A DNA stretch of 62,600 nt, filler included. It is 6 parts of 6 records of this genome, joined end to end, with 100 filler letters (N's around TTAATTAATTAA, not from the genome) between each part and the next. Parts side by side here need not be neighbours in the genome. Positions count along the whole stretch, not along the records: positions 16,940 to 26,847 come from SRR20825010_5118; positions 26,948 to 33,009 come from SRR20825010_5119; 4 more parts are not named here. One strand, written 5' to 3'. The translations under genes were made by a program, and so were the position numbers. Every line of letters begins with the position of its first letter. The first letter of the stretch is position 1. Positions 18,546 through 27,820 of the stretch are shown here, in pieces. The notes below the pieces were generated by a model. The model did not search any database. It saw only the letters and a list, made by a program, of their open reading frames with translations, and was not told the origin of the DNA.

Positions 18546-19966
18546 GCCGTGTGGATCGCTCGATCGTCGATGGCCAAAGCGGCTTCGTGCACCGCTTCGG
18601 ACAGGGTTGGGTGAGCGTGGCAGGTGCGGGCGATGTCTTCGCTGCTGGCACCAAATTCCATTGCCGCGGCGGCTTCCGCAATCATGTCGCCGGCACGCGG
18701 GCCAATGATGTGCACGCCGAGCACTCGATCGGTGGCGGCGTCGGCGAGAATTTTAACTCGGCCATCGATGTCGCCCAATGTGCGGGCTCGGCCGTTGGCC
18801 CCCAGAGGACAGACACCCTTGTTGTATTCGATGCCGGCTTCCTTCAGTTCTTCTTCCGTTTTGCCGACCATCGCGATTTCGGGGTGGGTGAAGACGATCG
18901 CGGGGATCACTTCATAATTCATTTCGGAGGCGATGCCGGCCATCTGTTCGACGCAGACGATGCCTTCTTCCATGGCTTTGTGAGCCAGCATGGCACCGCC
19001 GATGCAATCGCCGATGGCGTAGATTCCGGTCACCGATGTTTCGAATTGGTGATTGACTTGGATGAAGCCTCGTTCGTCGAGCTTCACGCCGGCTTCCTCG
19101 AGTCCCATGCTCTTGGTTGCGGGAGCGCGGCCGGTGGCCAATAGCACTCGGTCACATCGAATCGTTTCGCCGTTTTTAATTTCAATGACGCACGGCTTCT
19201 TGTCGCCTGGCTTCGGATCCACTTTGGCGGATGCCACGAACGTTCCCGTTCGAATGTCCATGCCTTGTTTCTTGAAGCTGCGATGAGCCAACGTGGCCAT
19301 TTCCTTGTCGAGACCCGGCATGATGCGGTCGAAGGCTTCCAGGACAATCACGTTGCTGCCCAGCCGGTTCCAGACGCTGCCGAGTTCCAACCCGATGTAT
19401 CCGCCGCCGATGACAACCAACTCTTCGGGTACTTCGGGGAAGGACAACGCCGTGGTGCTGTTTCCGATTCGGTCGCCGTCTTCTTCGACGAAGGGAAGCT
19501 GTGCTGGGACACTGCCGGGGCACAGCATGATTTGGTCGGCGGTGACCAAAGTCGGCTGATCGTCGGCCGCACCTTCGCTGGGCGTGATTTCGATGCTGTC
19601 CACATCGCGAAGGCGGCCTCGACCGTGATAGGCGGTCACACCCCGACGATCGAACAGCATGTCGATTCCTCCGGTCAGCGATTCGACGATTTTCTCTTTG
19701 CGTTTCATCATCACGTCGAGATCGACTTCGACGTTGCTGACATTCAGCCCGTGATCGGCGAACTTATGCTGGGCTTCTTCATACAGGTGGCTGGATTCCA
19801 ACAAAGCTTTGCTGGGGATGCACCCGACGCGTACGCACGTCCCGCCGAAGCGAGGGTTGTCGTCGATGCAGGCAACGTCGATGCCGAGCTGTGCTGCGCG
19901 AATGGCGGCGACATATCCGGCTGGGCCACCGCCCAAAATGACGAGTTCGTGACGAGCCGTTTTCAT
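18542..19966 (-). CDS. lpdA: Dihydrolipoyl dehydrogenase
   Basis: GGGPAGY, GGTCVRVGCIPSK and HAHPTLSE motifs. Confidence 0.96.
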   Translation of the reverse strand: MKTARHELVILGGGPAGYVAAIRAAQLGIDVACIDDNPRFGGTCVRVGCIPSKALLESSHLYEEAQHKFADHGLNVSNVEVDLDVMMKRKEKIVESLTGGIDMLFDRRGVTAYHGRGRLRDVDSIEITPSEGAADDQPTLVTADQIMLCPGSVPAQLPFVEEDGDRIGNSTTALSFPEVPEELVVIGGGYIGLELGSVWNRLGSNVIVLEAFDRIMPGLDKEMATLAHRSFKKQGMDIRTGTFVASAKVDPKPGDKKPCVIEIKNGETIRCDRVLLATGRAPATKSMGLEEAGVKLDERGFIQVNHQFETSVTGIYAIGDCIGGAMLAHKAMEEGIVCVEQMAGIASEMNYEVIPAIVFTHPEIAMVGKTEEELKEAGIEYNKGVCPLGANGRARTLGDIDGRVKILADAATDRVLGVHIIGPRAGDMIAEAAAAMEFGASSEDIARTCHAHPTLSEAVHEAALAIDDRAIHTA

Positions 19967-20274
19967 AGCAATTGAGTTGGAGTGCGTGGCGAGAATCGTT
20001 GCAAATCAGGATGAATTGTCAGATACGCGAAGCGGTTTGTCGACCGGAGCGCAGTTGCTTTGCTGAGACAGAAATCCGGTGCGGCCGAGCAACACAAAAC
20101 CAGTTGTCCGTGAGACGCAGCCGAAAGCTGCTGACCATATCTCATCAAATGCACCCGTCTGCTGAGAGAAATTCTCTCAAGCTTGGTCGTGCAGGTTCAT
20201 GTGCAGCGGCTGATGCGGAATGAGATCCTGTTCACACAATCAGACACGGGGAGTGTCGAAAACGTTCGCCCTGC

Positions 20275-20940
20275 TCACTGGCTGGCGATTGCCCCGTCCA
20301 TCGCGATCGTGTCCGCGAAGTCGTATGGGTGGAACACCCGGCCGATGCGTTCGGCCAGCATCTGCAGATAAAGCTTGCGGAATTTCGACTCGGTCGTTTC
20401 GCTGGTGTACTGTCCCGCCGTTGAGGGAAACATGAACTCGTCGATCTCTCTCCGAAAGACAACGGATTCGGTTTCCACGTCCAGGACGGTCAAAGTCACA
20501 GCGGCGGATCCGCGATAAAGTGTCGCACCTTCGCGAAGCTTCATGCCGGTCAGTTCAATCGCCAAGACCTTTTCAGCATCGACGCCTTTGCCGATGTCCA
20601 AAAAGTCCGTGTTTTCCCAACCATGGGTGTCGCGGAACTCTTGAATTTCGTCTTCGCGAACCAGGCTGATGTTTTTGATTTTGGTGAGCAAGATGTCGCT
20701 GACTTTTCGCGACAAAGTCCGTGCGGCGATGTCTTCGCTGTATTGGCTTCGGTCGGTGAAGGTCACAACCGCGACCTTCGAATCCTTGAGTGCTTCGCAT
20801 TCCGCAGGGACTTGGTCGGCACCGACAGCGTGCATCAAGTTTGACATCAAACCCAAGCAACCGGTTTGAGTGGTCAGCAGAAGGCCGGAAATCAGCAACG
20901 ACGAAACGGTGCAAATGAGAGCGGTGGATCGAGCTGGCAT
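20275..20940 (-). CDS. Hypothetical planctomycete lipoprotein
   Basis: Hydrophobic leader ending in QTGC, then a globular body; start uncertain. Confidence 0.65.
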   Translation of the reverse strand: MPARSTALICTVSSLLISGLLLTTQTGCLGLMSNLMHAVGADQVPAECEALKDSKVAVVTFTDRSQYSEDIAARTLSRKVSDILLTKIKNISLVREDEIQEFRDTHGWENTDFLDIGKGVDAEKVLAIELTGMKLREGATLYRGSAAVTLTVLDVETESVVFRREIDEFMFPSTAGQYTSETTESKFRKLYLQMLAERIGRVFHPYDFADTIAMDGAIASQ

Positions 20941-21091
20941 GATGAACGTCGGAGGGCAAGCGGCGGGGAATACAACCGGAAACTTGGTCGTAAGCACTGC
21001 CAGCAATTCGACGCCACCCCAATCCGACGCAGTTCGCAAATTGCGAATGAAATTCAGGCTGGAAAGCTTCCCGCGAGGATTCCCACGCCCG

Positions 21092-21892
21092 CTACAAAAC
21101 GACCGGGGCGACGATCAATTCACGTTCGATTTGGAACAGCGTGACCTGCCAATCGGATTCATCTTTGTCGCGAGATGGATTCCATTGCAATTCAATCTGG
21201 ATCACGTTGTCGAACTGTCCGGTCGGATCTCGCCAGTACGTGTCGACTTTTTCACGTCCGTACTTCTGGAAGACGCGAGGGCGACGGTCGAGTTCCCACG
21301 GGATCTCTGGACCAAGTCGTTTGACATCCGAATAAGGACCGGCGCGAAACGACTCAAGCTGTTCTTGGGCGGATTGATCCAGCTTGTAGGCCGCGTCCAG
21401 TTTCATCGTTGAAACTTGGCGGTTGGGAGCCGATTTTTGCAGCTCCAGCGCCAATGCTTCTTCGCCATTGGCCGCCAGTTCGAGGTACTGCTGAGCGAAG
21501 TAGGTCGCTTGGTCGCCCAGTGTTCGGTATTTCAGGTAGTGCACAAAGAAGCCGGTCGAACCGAACAAGCACGCCAGCGCCAAACCGATTCTGGCGACGG
21601 TGGTCCCAACCGGTTTCGCTTTTCCGGCGTGCTTTCGCAACGCGAACAAGCAGATCACAATCGCCAAAGCGGGCAGCACAAGCATGGGCTTGGCAACCGC
21701 GGCGGTGAAGCTGGCGAGCGAGAGCAGAAACCCGATGAAGGCACTAATGCGAACCGGGGCAACATCTTCAACCACAACCGCTTCGTAACCCGATTCGGCT
21801 CCCATTCTGGGAACATCCCGTTCGCGATTGGCGGCGGTGGCTTTCGCGGCACCGCCCAAAAACAACGACTTGGACGATTCAGGCTGGTTCAT
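21092..21892 (-). CDS. Hypothetical membrane protein
   Basis: Three N-terminal hydrophobic segments followed by a soluble domain. Confidence 0.7.
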   Translation of the reverse strand: MNQPESSKSLFLGGAAKATAANRERDVPRMGAESGYEAVVVEDVAPVRISAFIGFLLSLASFTAAVAKPMLVLPALAIVICLFALRKHAGKAKPVGTTVARIGLALACLFGSTGFFVHYLKYRTLGDQATYFAQQYLELAANGEEALALELQKSAPNRQVSTMKLDAAYKLDQSAQEQLESFRAGPYSDVKRLGPEIPWELDRRPRVFQKYGREKVDTYWRDPTGQFDNVIQIELQWNPSRDKDESDWQVTLFQIERELIVAPVVL

Positions 21893-21942
21893 TTCGGCGA
21901 GGTTACGAAAAGAGGACCGCGGGGGAAGTGGGACCCGGGCTG

Positions 21943-23196
21943 TTACGCAGCGTCTCGCATTTGGGTTTGCATGCCGAAGGAATTCTTTTCGGGGAACGCT
22001 TCGAGGTCGCCAAACATCTTGGATCGCAGCAATTCAGCGGCTCGTTGAGACGCCCCCGGACGGGCGTGTTCATCTCGCAGCTTCTGCAAGTCTCGCCGAA
22101 TTTTCGCGTAGTAGAAGCTGTCTTGCAGCATCGCTCGCATGGTTTCGGTCAGGAAATCGACCGCGGGTGCCGGGTCGCCGACCGATATGAACTCGGGAAA
22201 GAGTTTGCGTCCAGCCATCAGGTTTGGAAGCGTGACGCTGTCGATTTTTAGAACGCGTTTGCCGACGGCGTGCAGCACTCGTCCGACGCGGTAAATCACC
22301 GCGGCGGGAGTTTCGCGGGCCAGCAATTCCAGGCTGACGCTGCCGCTGACCATCATCGCACAGTGGGCGGCTTCGATGATTTCGGACGTGCAATCGACGT
22401 AAAAGTCGATCGGCAAATCTTTGTCCTCTTCCGAAAGTTGCTCGCGGCACCAAAGACATTGTTTGTCGCGATACGCGGCGACGGCGAACCGCACGTTTTC
22501 ACCCGACTGGCTCAATTCGCGGTCCAGTCGCCGAATGGTTTCCAGTTGAATGGGGAAGTTCGCCCGGACTTCGTGATCACGTGAACCCGGCAGGACCGCG
22601 ACGATACGATCGCCCGAGTTTTGCTGGCTTTGAAAGCGACGCATGACCGCGGTGTCAAGTTTTTGTTCGGCGACGGCATCAAAGAACGGGTGCCCGACCA
22701 GGCTGACCGGGATTTGATGACGATTGAAAAACGATTGCTCGACGGGCAAGACGGCGACCACGTGATCGACGCTGCGTTTCATTTTGCGAACTCGCCATGC
22801 ACCCCACGCCCAGAGTTGCGGCGGGCAATAGTAGTGAACCGGAATGCCGTACTTCTTGGCTCGTTTTGCGATGTGCCAATTGAATCCGGGAAAATCGACC
22901 AGGACGACCGAGTCCACTGATCCGGAGCGGAAAATGTCTTCGGCTTGATCGGCAAAGCGGAAAAATTCACGAAGCTTTGGAAGGACCTCCACAATTCCGA
23001 CAACGGCATGCCGAGTCAGGTCCAAGTCGACGCGGCACCCGGCCGCCAGCATCGAGGGGCCGCCAAAACCCCGACAAATGATTTGTTCGTCGTTTCGCAT
23101 CGCCAATCCACCGGGATTCGCCAATTGACGAATCAATCGAGCGGCGTGTTGGTCACCGCTGGGTTCCCCGACGGAAAAAAAGATGGTCTTGGTCAC
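21943..23196 (-). CDS. lpxB: Lipid-A-disaccharide synthase
   Basis: GEPSGD, DFPGFN, PQLWAW, VGHP and LPGSR motifs. Confidence 0.93.
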   Translation of the reverse strand: MTKTIFFSVGEPSGDQHAARLIRQLANPGGLAMRNDEQIICRGFGGPSMLAAGCRVDLDLTRHAVVGIVEVLPKLREFFRFADQAEDIFRSGSVDSVVLVDFPGFNWHIAKRAKKYGIPVHYYCPPQLWAWGAWRVRKMKRSVDHVVAVLPVEQSFFNRHQIPVSLVGHPFFDAVAEQKLDTAVMRRFQSQQNSGDRIVAVLPGSRDHEVRANFPIQLETIRRLDRELSQSGENVRFAVAAYRDKQCLWCREQLSEEDKDLPIDFYVDCTSEIIEAAHCAMMVSGSVSLELLARETPAAVIYRVGRVLHAVGKRVLKIDSVTLPNLMAGRKLFPEFISVGDPAPAVDFLTETMRAMLQDSFYYAKIRRDLQKLRDEHARPGASQRAAELLRSKMFGDLEAFPEKNSFGMQTQMRDAA

Positions 23197-23365
23197 GTGT
23201 GACGGTCCCCGGCGATCGTGGAGCAAAGTTCAACGTGGGGATATAGGAAATCACGCTTTGGCAACGCAAGTTCGATCCGCTCTTGCCACTCCGCCAAGCC
23301 AACGATACGCTTCGAAATGTTGAACAGGATGTTTCACACCGTGATGGTCAAGGAGGCCGATTCGG

Positions 23366-25387
23366 ATGCGAAAAAATGGACCCCATGAGGCAAGTAGCCT
23401 CTCTGCAACGCATCCCACGGCGTCGCTTTTTGGCTCCGGTTTGGATGAGCCATCTGCTGGCAACGCGACGATATCGATGTCCAACCGTGATGCGGTCCCG
23501 GACTCGGTCGTCGAACCTCTTTTTGCATCGTCGCAGTCTGCCGGCGGAACAAATCCTCCCGGAGGAGAAAATCCCGCGGCCGGTGAGCAGGCAGCCGCCG
23601 AGAAGTCGGCAACCAACTGGTCTCGGCGAATCCCGCGTTTGCGAACGGATTCACGAGTCTGGCGTTTGGCCCCGCGTGGCAAGTTTCCCAAGATCGGTTC
23701 GATTCAAGTCAAACTGTTGACCGGGACGCTGGTCTTGGTCGCTTTGGTGATCACGCTCGGCGGCGTTGGGATTGTCGGGCTGTACCAGTATCGAAACTTG
23801 GCCGACGCGATCAGTTCGCGAGCCAAGGAGTTGCCGATGGCAACGCAAATTGCTCAAGCCGCCGCGAAAGCACGCGACAGCAACACGCGTCTGTGCCAGA
23901 TGCGTGCTCAGGCAACCATGATCGATCCCTTTGGAATGCCGCACTCCAATCTGCAGATGGAGAACGACGAATTCCATAACACCATTAACGAGCTGGATTC
24001 GGCGCTCGGTCGATATTCCACCATGGTGACTGCGAAGATCGAACAGCCTCAAGAAGTGGAGGCTGGTTCGACGCTGATCAATCCCGAAACCCAGCTCGCC
24101 TCTCTGGACACCATCCGGAGCATCTTGACTGAGATTCAAAAGAATCAAAACAACCTGGACTATTTGGTCATCGATCGTCGGTCCAGTCGAAACAAAATGG
24201 GCGAAACGCTCGATGAATTGGTCGGAAAGACGCGTGCTCACCTGGTTTTGATCCACGGCCAGATGGCGGCGTTCAGCGACCACGTCAAAGGCCGATATCG
24301 ACTTGGGATCGGGATCGCTTGGGTGGCGTTTGCCGCCGCGATGGTCATCGCCGCTGTGATGGTTTGGGTTTTTCAAACCAGCGTGTTGGCGCCGTTCAAT
24401 AACCTTGTCATTGGTGCCCGTTTGGTCTCACGCGGCCAGTTTGGGCATCGGATCGATTTGGGAACGGGCGATGAACTTGGCGAGTTAGCAGTCATTCTCA
24501 ACGAGATGACCGATCGCTTTCAAAACAGCATGGCTCACATCGAAAAGATGTGTGACGAATTGGATCAAGAAGTGAAGGTGCGATCCCAAGAAGTGATTCG
24601 CAACGAACAACTCGCCGGCGTCGGTTTCTTGGCGGCCGGGTTCGCTCATGAAATCAACAATCCGATGGCCGCGATTGCATGGAGTGCCGAAGCGATCGAA
24701 TCGCGGATGAACGACTTGATGATGTTGCCCGACGACGAGCGATTGCTCGACAGCGAGATGACTGAAAATTGGCGTGAGAACTTGCAACGCATTGAAGGCG
24801 AAGCGTTCCGCTGCAAATCAATCATCGAAAAGATGTTGCTGTTCAGCCGTATGGGACAAGTCGAGAAGACTTCGTTCGACATCGTGCCGTTGGTCAACGA
24901 CGTGATCGAAATGGTCGGAACACTCGGAAAGTACAAGTGCCAATCGCTGCGGTTGTTCGGCGACGAAACAGCGATTGTCTATGCCAACGATCAAGAGATT
25001 CGCCAAGTCATCTTGAACTTGGTGACCAATGCCCTGGAGAGTGTGGATTGCGACGGCGACGTGAGTATCTACATCCACCAAGGCCCCAAGACATCGACGG
25101 TTCGCGTGAAGGACACCGGTTGCGGGATGTCCGCGGAAGTTCAGGCTCACTTGTTTGAACCATTCTTCACTCGGCGTCGCGATGGTACCGGGACCGGATT
25201 GGGGCTCAGTATTTCGCACCGAATTGTTTGTCAGCACGGTGGCCAGTTGAGCGCTCGCAGCGAAGGCGAGAATCGCGGCAGCGAATTTGAATTGCGATTG
25301 CCAATCGCTGCCATCACCGAAGAAGTCACCTCACCCGCGTATGAAAGTTGGAAGTTCCAAGATGCCCAGCAAACCCAAGCAGCCTAA
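23366..25387 (+). CDS. Membrane sensor histidine kinase (two TM, HAMP, HisKA, HATPase); start uncertain
   Basis: DELGELA HAMP, AHEINNP H-box, NLVTNA, DTGCG, FEPFFT and GTGLGL motifs. Confidence 0.92.
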   Translation: MRKNGPHEASSLSATHPTASLFGSGLDEPSAGNATISMSNRDAVPDSVVEPLFASSQSAGGTNPPGGENPAAGEQAAAEKSATNWSRRIPRLRTDSRVWRLAPRGKFPKIGSIQVKLLTGTLVLVALVITLGGVGIVGLYQYRNLADAISSRAKELPMATQIAQAAAKARDSNTRLCQMRAQATMIDPFGMPHSNLQMENDEFHNTINELDSALGRYSTMVTAKIEQPQEVEAGSTLINPETQLASLDTIRSILTEIQKNQNNLDYLVIDRRSSRNKMGETLDELVGKTRAHLVLIHGQMAAFSDHVKGRYRLGIGIAWVAFAAAMVIAAVMVWVFQTSVLAPFNNLVIGARLVSRGQFGHRIDLGTGDELGELAVILNEMTDRFQNSMAHIEKMCDELDQEVKVRSQEVIRNEQLAGVGFLAAGFAHEINNPMAAIAWSAEAIESRMNDLMMLPDDERLLDSEMTENWRENLQRIEGEAFRCKSIIEKMLLFSRMGQVEKTSFDIVPLVNDVIEMVGTLGKYKCQSLRLFGDETAIVYANDQEIRQVILNLVTNALESVDCDGDVSIYIHQGPKTSTVRVKDTGCGMSAEVQAHLFEPFFTRRRDGTGTGLGLSISHRIVCQHGGQLSARSEGENRGSEFELRLPIAAITEEVTSPAYESWKFQDAQQTQAA

Positions 25388-26747
25388 AGCCGACGGCATG
25401 CACATTCTTTTCGCGGACGATGAACCTCAGTTGCAAAAACTGATGGGCACCGAGTTGCCGCGAATGGGATACCGCGTGACCGTTTGCCCCGACGGGCCAA
25501 CGGCCGTCGATGTTTTGTCGAAAGAACCGATCGATTGCCTTTTGGTTGATCTCGATATGCCGGGGATGAGCGGAATCGAAGTCATCGCTCGAGCTCGCGA
25601 AATTCGGCCGGAGATCGAAGCGGTGATCATGACGGGCAACCCCAGTCAAGAAACCGCGATCGAAGCACTTCGTCATGGCACGTTTGACTATTTGATGAAG
25701 CCCTGTCGACTGGCTGAGATTTCGGCTTTGATGGGACGAGTGAGCGAACGTCGTGAGTGGAACCGTTTGGTCGCTGCACTTCGGCATCGATTGCAGCGTG
25801 CCGAAGGCGATTCCGATTTGATCGGTGAGAACCAATCGATGCACGCGGTTCGCAAATTGATCGCCAAGGTCGCACCGACGGAATCAACCGTTTTGATTCG
25901 TGGCGAAACAGGGTGCGGCAAAGAATTGGTCGCTCGTGCGATCGCTGACGAGAGTCTTCGCAGTGAGCAGCCATTCGTCGCAATCAACTGTGGTGCGTTG
26001 CCGGAAACGTTGATCGAAAGCGAATTGTTTGGGCACGTCAAAGGTGCGTTTACCGGAGCAGACTCTGGAAGGATGGGATTGTTCGAAGTCGCCAGTGGTG
26101 GAACGTTGTTCCTTGACGAAGTTGGTGAGCTTCCGTTGGCCGTTCAAGCAAAATTGCTTCGCGTTCTAGAGACCGGTGACATCCGTCGACTCGGCGACAA
26201 TCAAAGTATCAAGGTGGACGTGCGTGTGGTTTGCGCAACTCACCGCGATTTGGAAAAAATGGTGACTGAAGGCACGTTCCGCGAAGACTTGATGTTCCGC
26301 ATCAACACGTTCGAGCTACGGCTTCCAGCGCTTCGCGATCGCATTGACGATTTGCCTGCGTTGGCGGAGCACTTGCTGCGTCGGCATCGTGCCGATGGTA
26401 CCAGCGGGCAGCTGTTCACCGAGGCGGCGATGGCTGAGTTGCAATCGCATCAATGGCCTGGCAATGTTCGCGAGCTTGCCAACGTGATCGAGCACGCTTC
26501 CGTGTTATGCGATGCACTTCCGATCGATGTGGAGCATTTGCCTCAACACTTTGCTCGTCGTCAGCTTCGAGCTGATTTGGCCGATACCGCTCCGATGACG
26601 ATGCGTGAGATCGAATTGCGTGCGATCGAGCGATCGATGGCTCGCCACAACGGCAACAAGAAGGCCGTGGCGGAAGAGCTGGGTATGTCGCTGAAGACGC
26701 TCTACAACAAGTTGAACGCGGCATCGGAAGCTTCCGAAGCCGCCTAG
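25362..26747 (+). CDS. Sigma-54-dependent NtrC-family response regulator
   Basis: Receiver domain (ADDE, DLDMP), GETGCGKE, GAFTGA, WPGNVREL and a Fis-type HTH. Confidence 0.95.
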   Translation: MPSKPKQPKADGMHILFADDEPQLQKLMGTELPRMGYRVTVCPDGPTAVDVLSKEPIDCLLVDLDMPGMSGIEVIARAREIRPEIEAVIMTGNPSQETAIEALRHGTFDYLMKPCRLAEISALMGRVSERREWNRLVAALRHRLQRAEGDSDLIGENQSMHAVRKLIAKVAPTESTVLIRGETGCGKELVARAIADESLRSEQPFVAINCGALPETLIESELFGHVKGAFTGADSGRMGLFEVASGGTLFLDEVGELPLAVQAKLLRVLETGDIRRLGDNQSIKVDVRVVCATHRDLEKMVTEGTFREDLMFRINTFELRLPALRDRIDDLPALAEHLLRRHRADGTSGQLFTEAAMAELQSHQWPGNVRELANVIEHASVLCDALPIDVEHLPQHFARRQLRADLADTAPMTMREIELRAIERSMARHNGNKKAVAEELGMSLKTLYNKLNAASEASEAA

Positions 26748-26778
26748 CTCGTGCGTCCCACGATCGTTGCTTAAACAT

Positions 26779-26846
26779 CCGTACGACGGACTTCCAAGTC
26801 CGTCGAGGTGAATGACCTTCGACGGACTTGGAAGTCCATCGTACGG
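26779..26846. repeat. Inverted pair of 28-bp REP-like palindromes (BIME-like)
   Basis: CCGTACGACGGACTTCCAAGTCCGTCGA at 26779-26806 and its reverse complement with one mismatch at 26819-26846. Each unit holds an internal GACGGACTT/AAGTCCGTC hairpin. Confidence 0.85.
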
Positions 26847-26847
26847 G

Positions 26848-26947
26848 NNNNNNNNNNNNNNNNNNNNNNNNNNNNNNNNNNNNNNNNNNNNTTAATTAAT
26901 TAANNNNNNNNNNNNNNNNNNNNNNNNNNNNNNNNNNNNNNNNNNNN
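26848..26947. other. Artificial contig spacer
   Basis: N44-TTAATTAATTAA-N44. Confidence 0.99.
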
Positions 26948-26988
26948 ATGATGCGCTGCGGCTGATGAAGGATGTGTGAGGGGTGGAT

Positions 26989-27138
26989 ATGATTGACAAG
27001 GACGAGGAACGCTCTGAGAAGATTGCCATCATGCAACGCTTCGTGGATGAAGGATTGGCAAGCGGAGTCGGCAGCAAGTCCAAGGAGGCCCTGTTCGAGG
27101 AAGCCCGCATACGGCTGGGAACTCTAAACAGGAGCTGA
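26989..27138 (+). pseudogene. C-terminal half of a ParD-family antitoxin (49 aa; remnant or miniprotein)
   Basis: Hand translation MIDKDEERSEKIAIMQRFVDEGLASGVGSKSKEALFEEARIRLGTLNRS. An in-frame TGA at 26977-26979 excludes an N-terminal RHH domain. Confidence 0.5.
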
Positions 27139-27175
27139 ATTTGGGCTTCGGGCGCGCCCAAATCGGACAAGTTAC

Positions 27176-27469
27176 TCAAGCCGCATAGGGCTCGATCTGC
27201 TTCAACTCCTCGGCGATGACCCTTCGCCGCTCCATCATGTCGAAATCGGCCTGAAGTCCAAGGAAGAAGCCATCTGACATACCGAAGAACCGTGCCAGCC
27301 TCAAATCCGTGTCCGCAGAAACCGCGCGCTTCCTGAGCACTATTTCATTGATCCGCCGCGGCGGGACATGAACGGCGCGCGCAAGCGCATTCTGACTGAT
27401 CCCCATCGGCTTGAGAAAATCCTCAATCAGAATGTCACCGGGATGCGGATTGGGCAGCAGGTCAGTCAT
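27176..27469 (-). CDS. higA: HigA family antitoxin
   Basis: HPGDILIEDFLKPMGISQNALARA...RRINEI...DLRLARFFG. Confidence 0.92.
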   Translation of the reverse strand: MTDLLPNPHPGDILIEDFLKPMGISQNALARAVHVPPRRINEIVLRKRAVSADTDLRLARFFGMSDGFFLGLQADFDMMERRRVIAEELKQIEPYAA

Positions 27470-27746
27470 GATAGTCGACGATTTTGACATCTCTCGGTCC
27501 TCTGTCTTCCCACACAAAGCAAATGCGCCACTGGCTATTGATCCGAATGCTGTGCCAACCCTCCAGGTTCCCCTTCAGTGCTTCGAGGCGGTTCCCAGGC
27601 GGTACTCTCAGGTCGTTCAAGACCACAGCCTGATTGAGCATACGCAACTTTCGCAATGCCGTGGCCTGAATATCGTAAGGAAGGCGGCGGCTTCGCGTGC
27701 CGCTCCAAATCAATTCAGCTTCCTGATCGACAAAACCAAGGATCAT
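27462..27746 (-). CDS. higB: HigB (RelE-like) toxin
   Basis: DLRVPPGNRLEALKG, HSIRINSQWRICF and IVDYH motifs; toxin precedes antitoxin. Confidence 0.93.
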   Translation of the reverse strand: MILGFVDQEAELIWSGTRSRRLPYDIQATALRKLRMLNQAVVLNDLRVPPGNRLEALKGNLEGWHSIRINSQWRICFVWEDRGPRDVKIVDYHD

Positions 27747-27754
27747 GGCATGCT

Positions 27755-27788
27755 ATAACGCATGACGTCATATAACGCAAGACGTTAT
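27755..27788. promoter_or_regulatory. Tandem HigA operators overlapping the higBA promoter
   Basis: ATAACG-N5-CGTCAT (27755-27771) and ATAACG-N5-CGTTAT (27772-27788). Minus strand gives TTGCGT-N17-TATAGC. Confidence 0.75.
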
Positions 27789-27820
27789 GGATGGATTGCT
27801 GCTGGTAGCGTCACACGTCA

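Noticed and set aside
19967-20274. Possible ncRNA or small ORFs upstream of lpdA
   Set aside because: I found no recognisable RNA motif, stable structure or coding signal.
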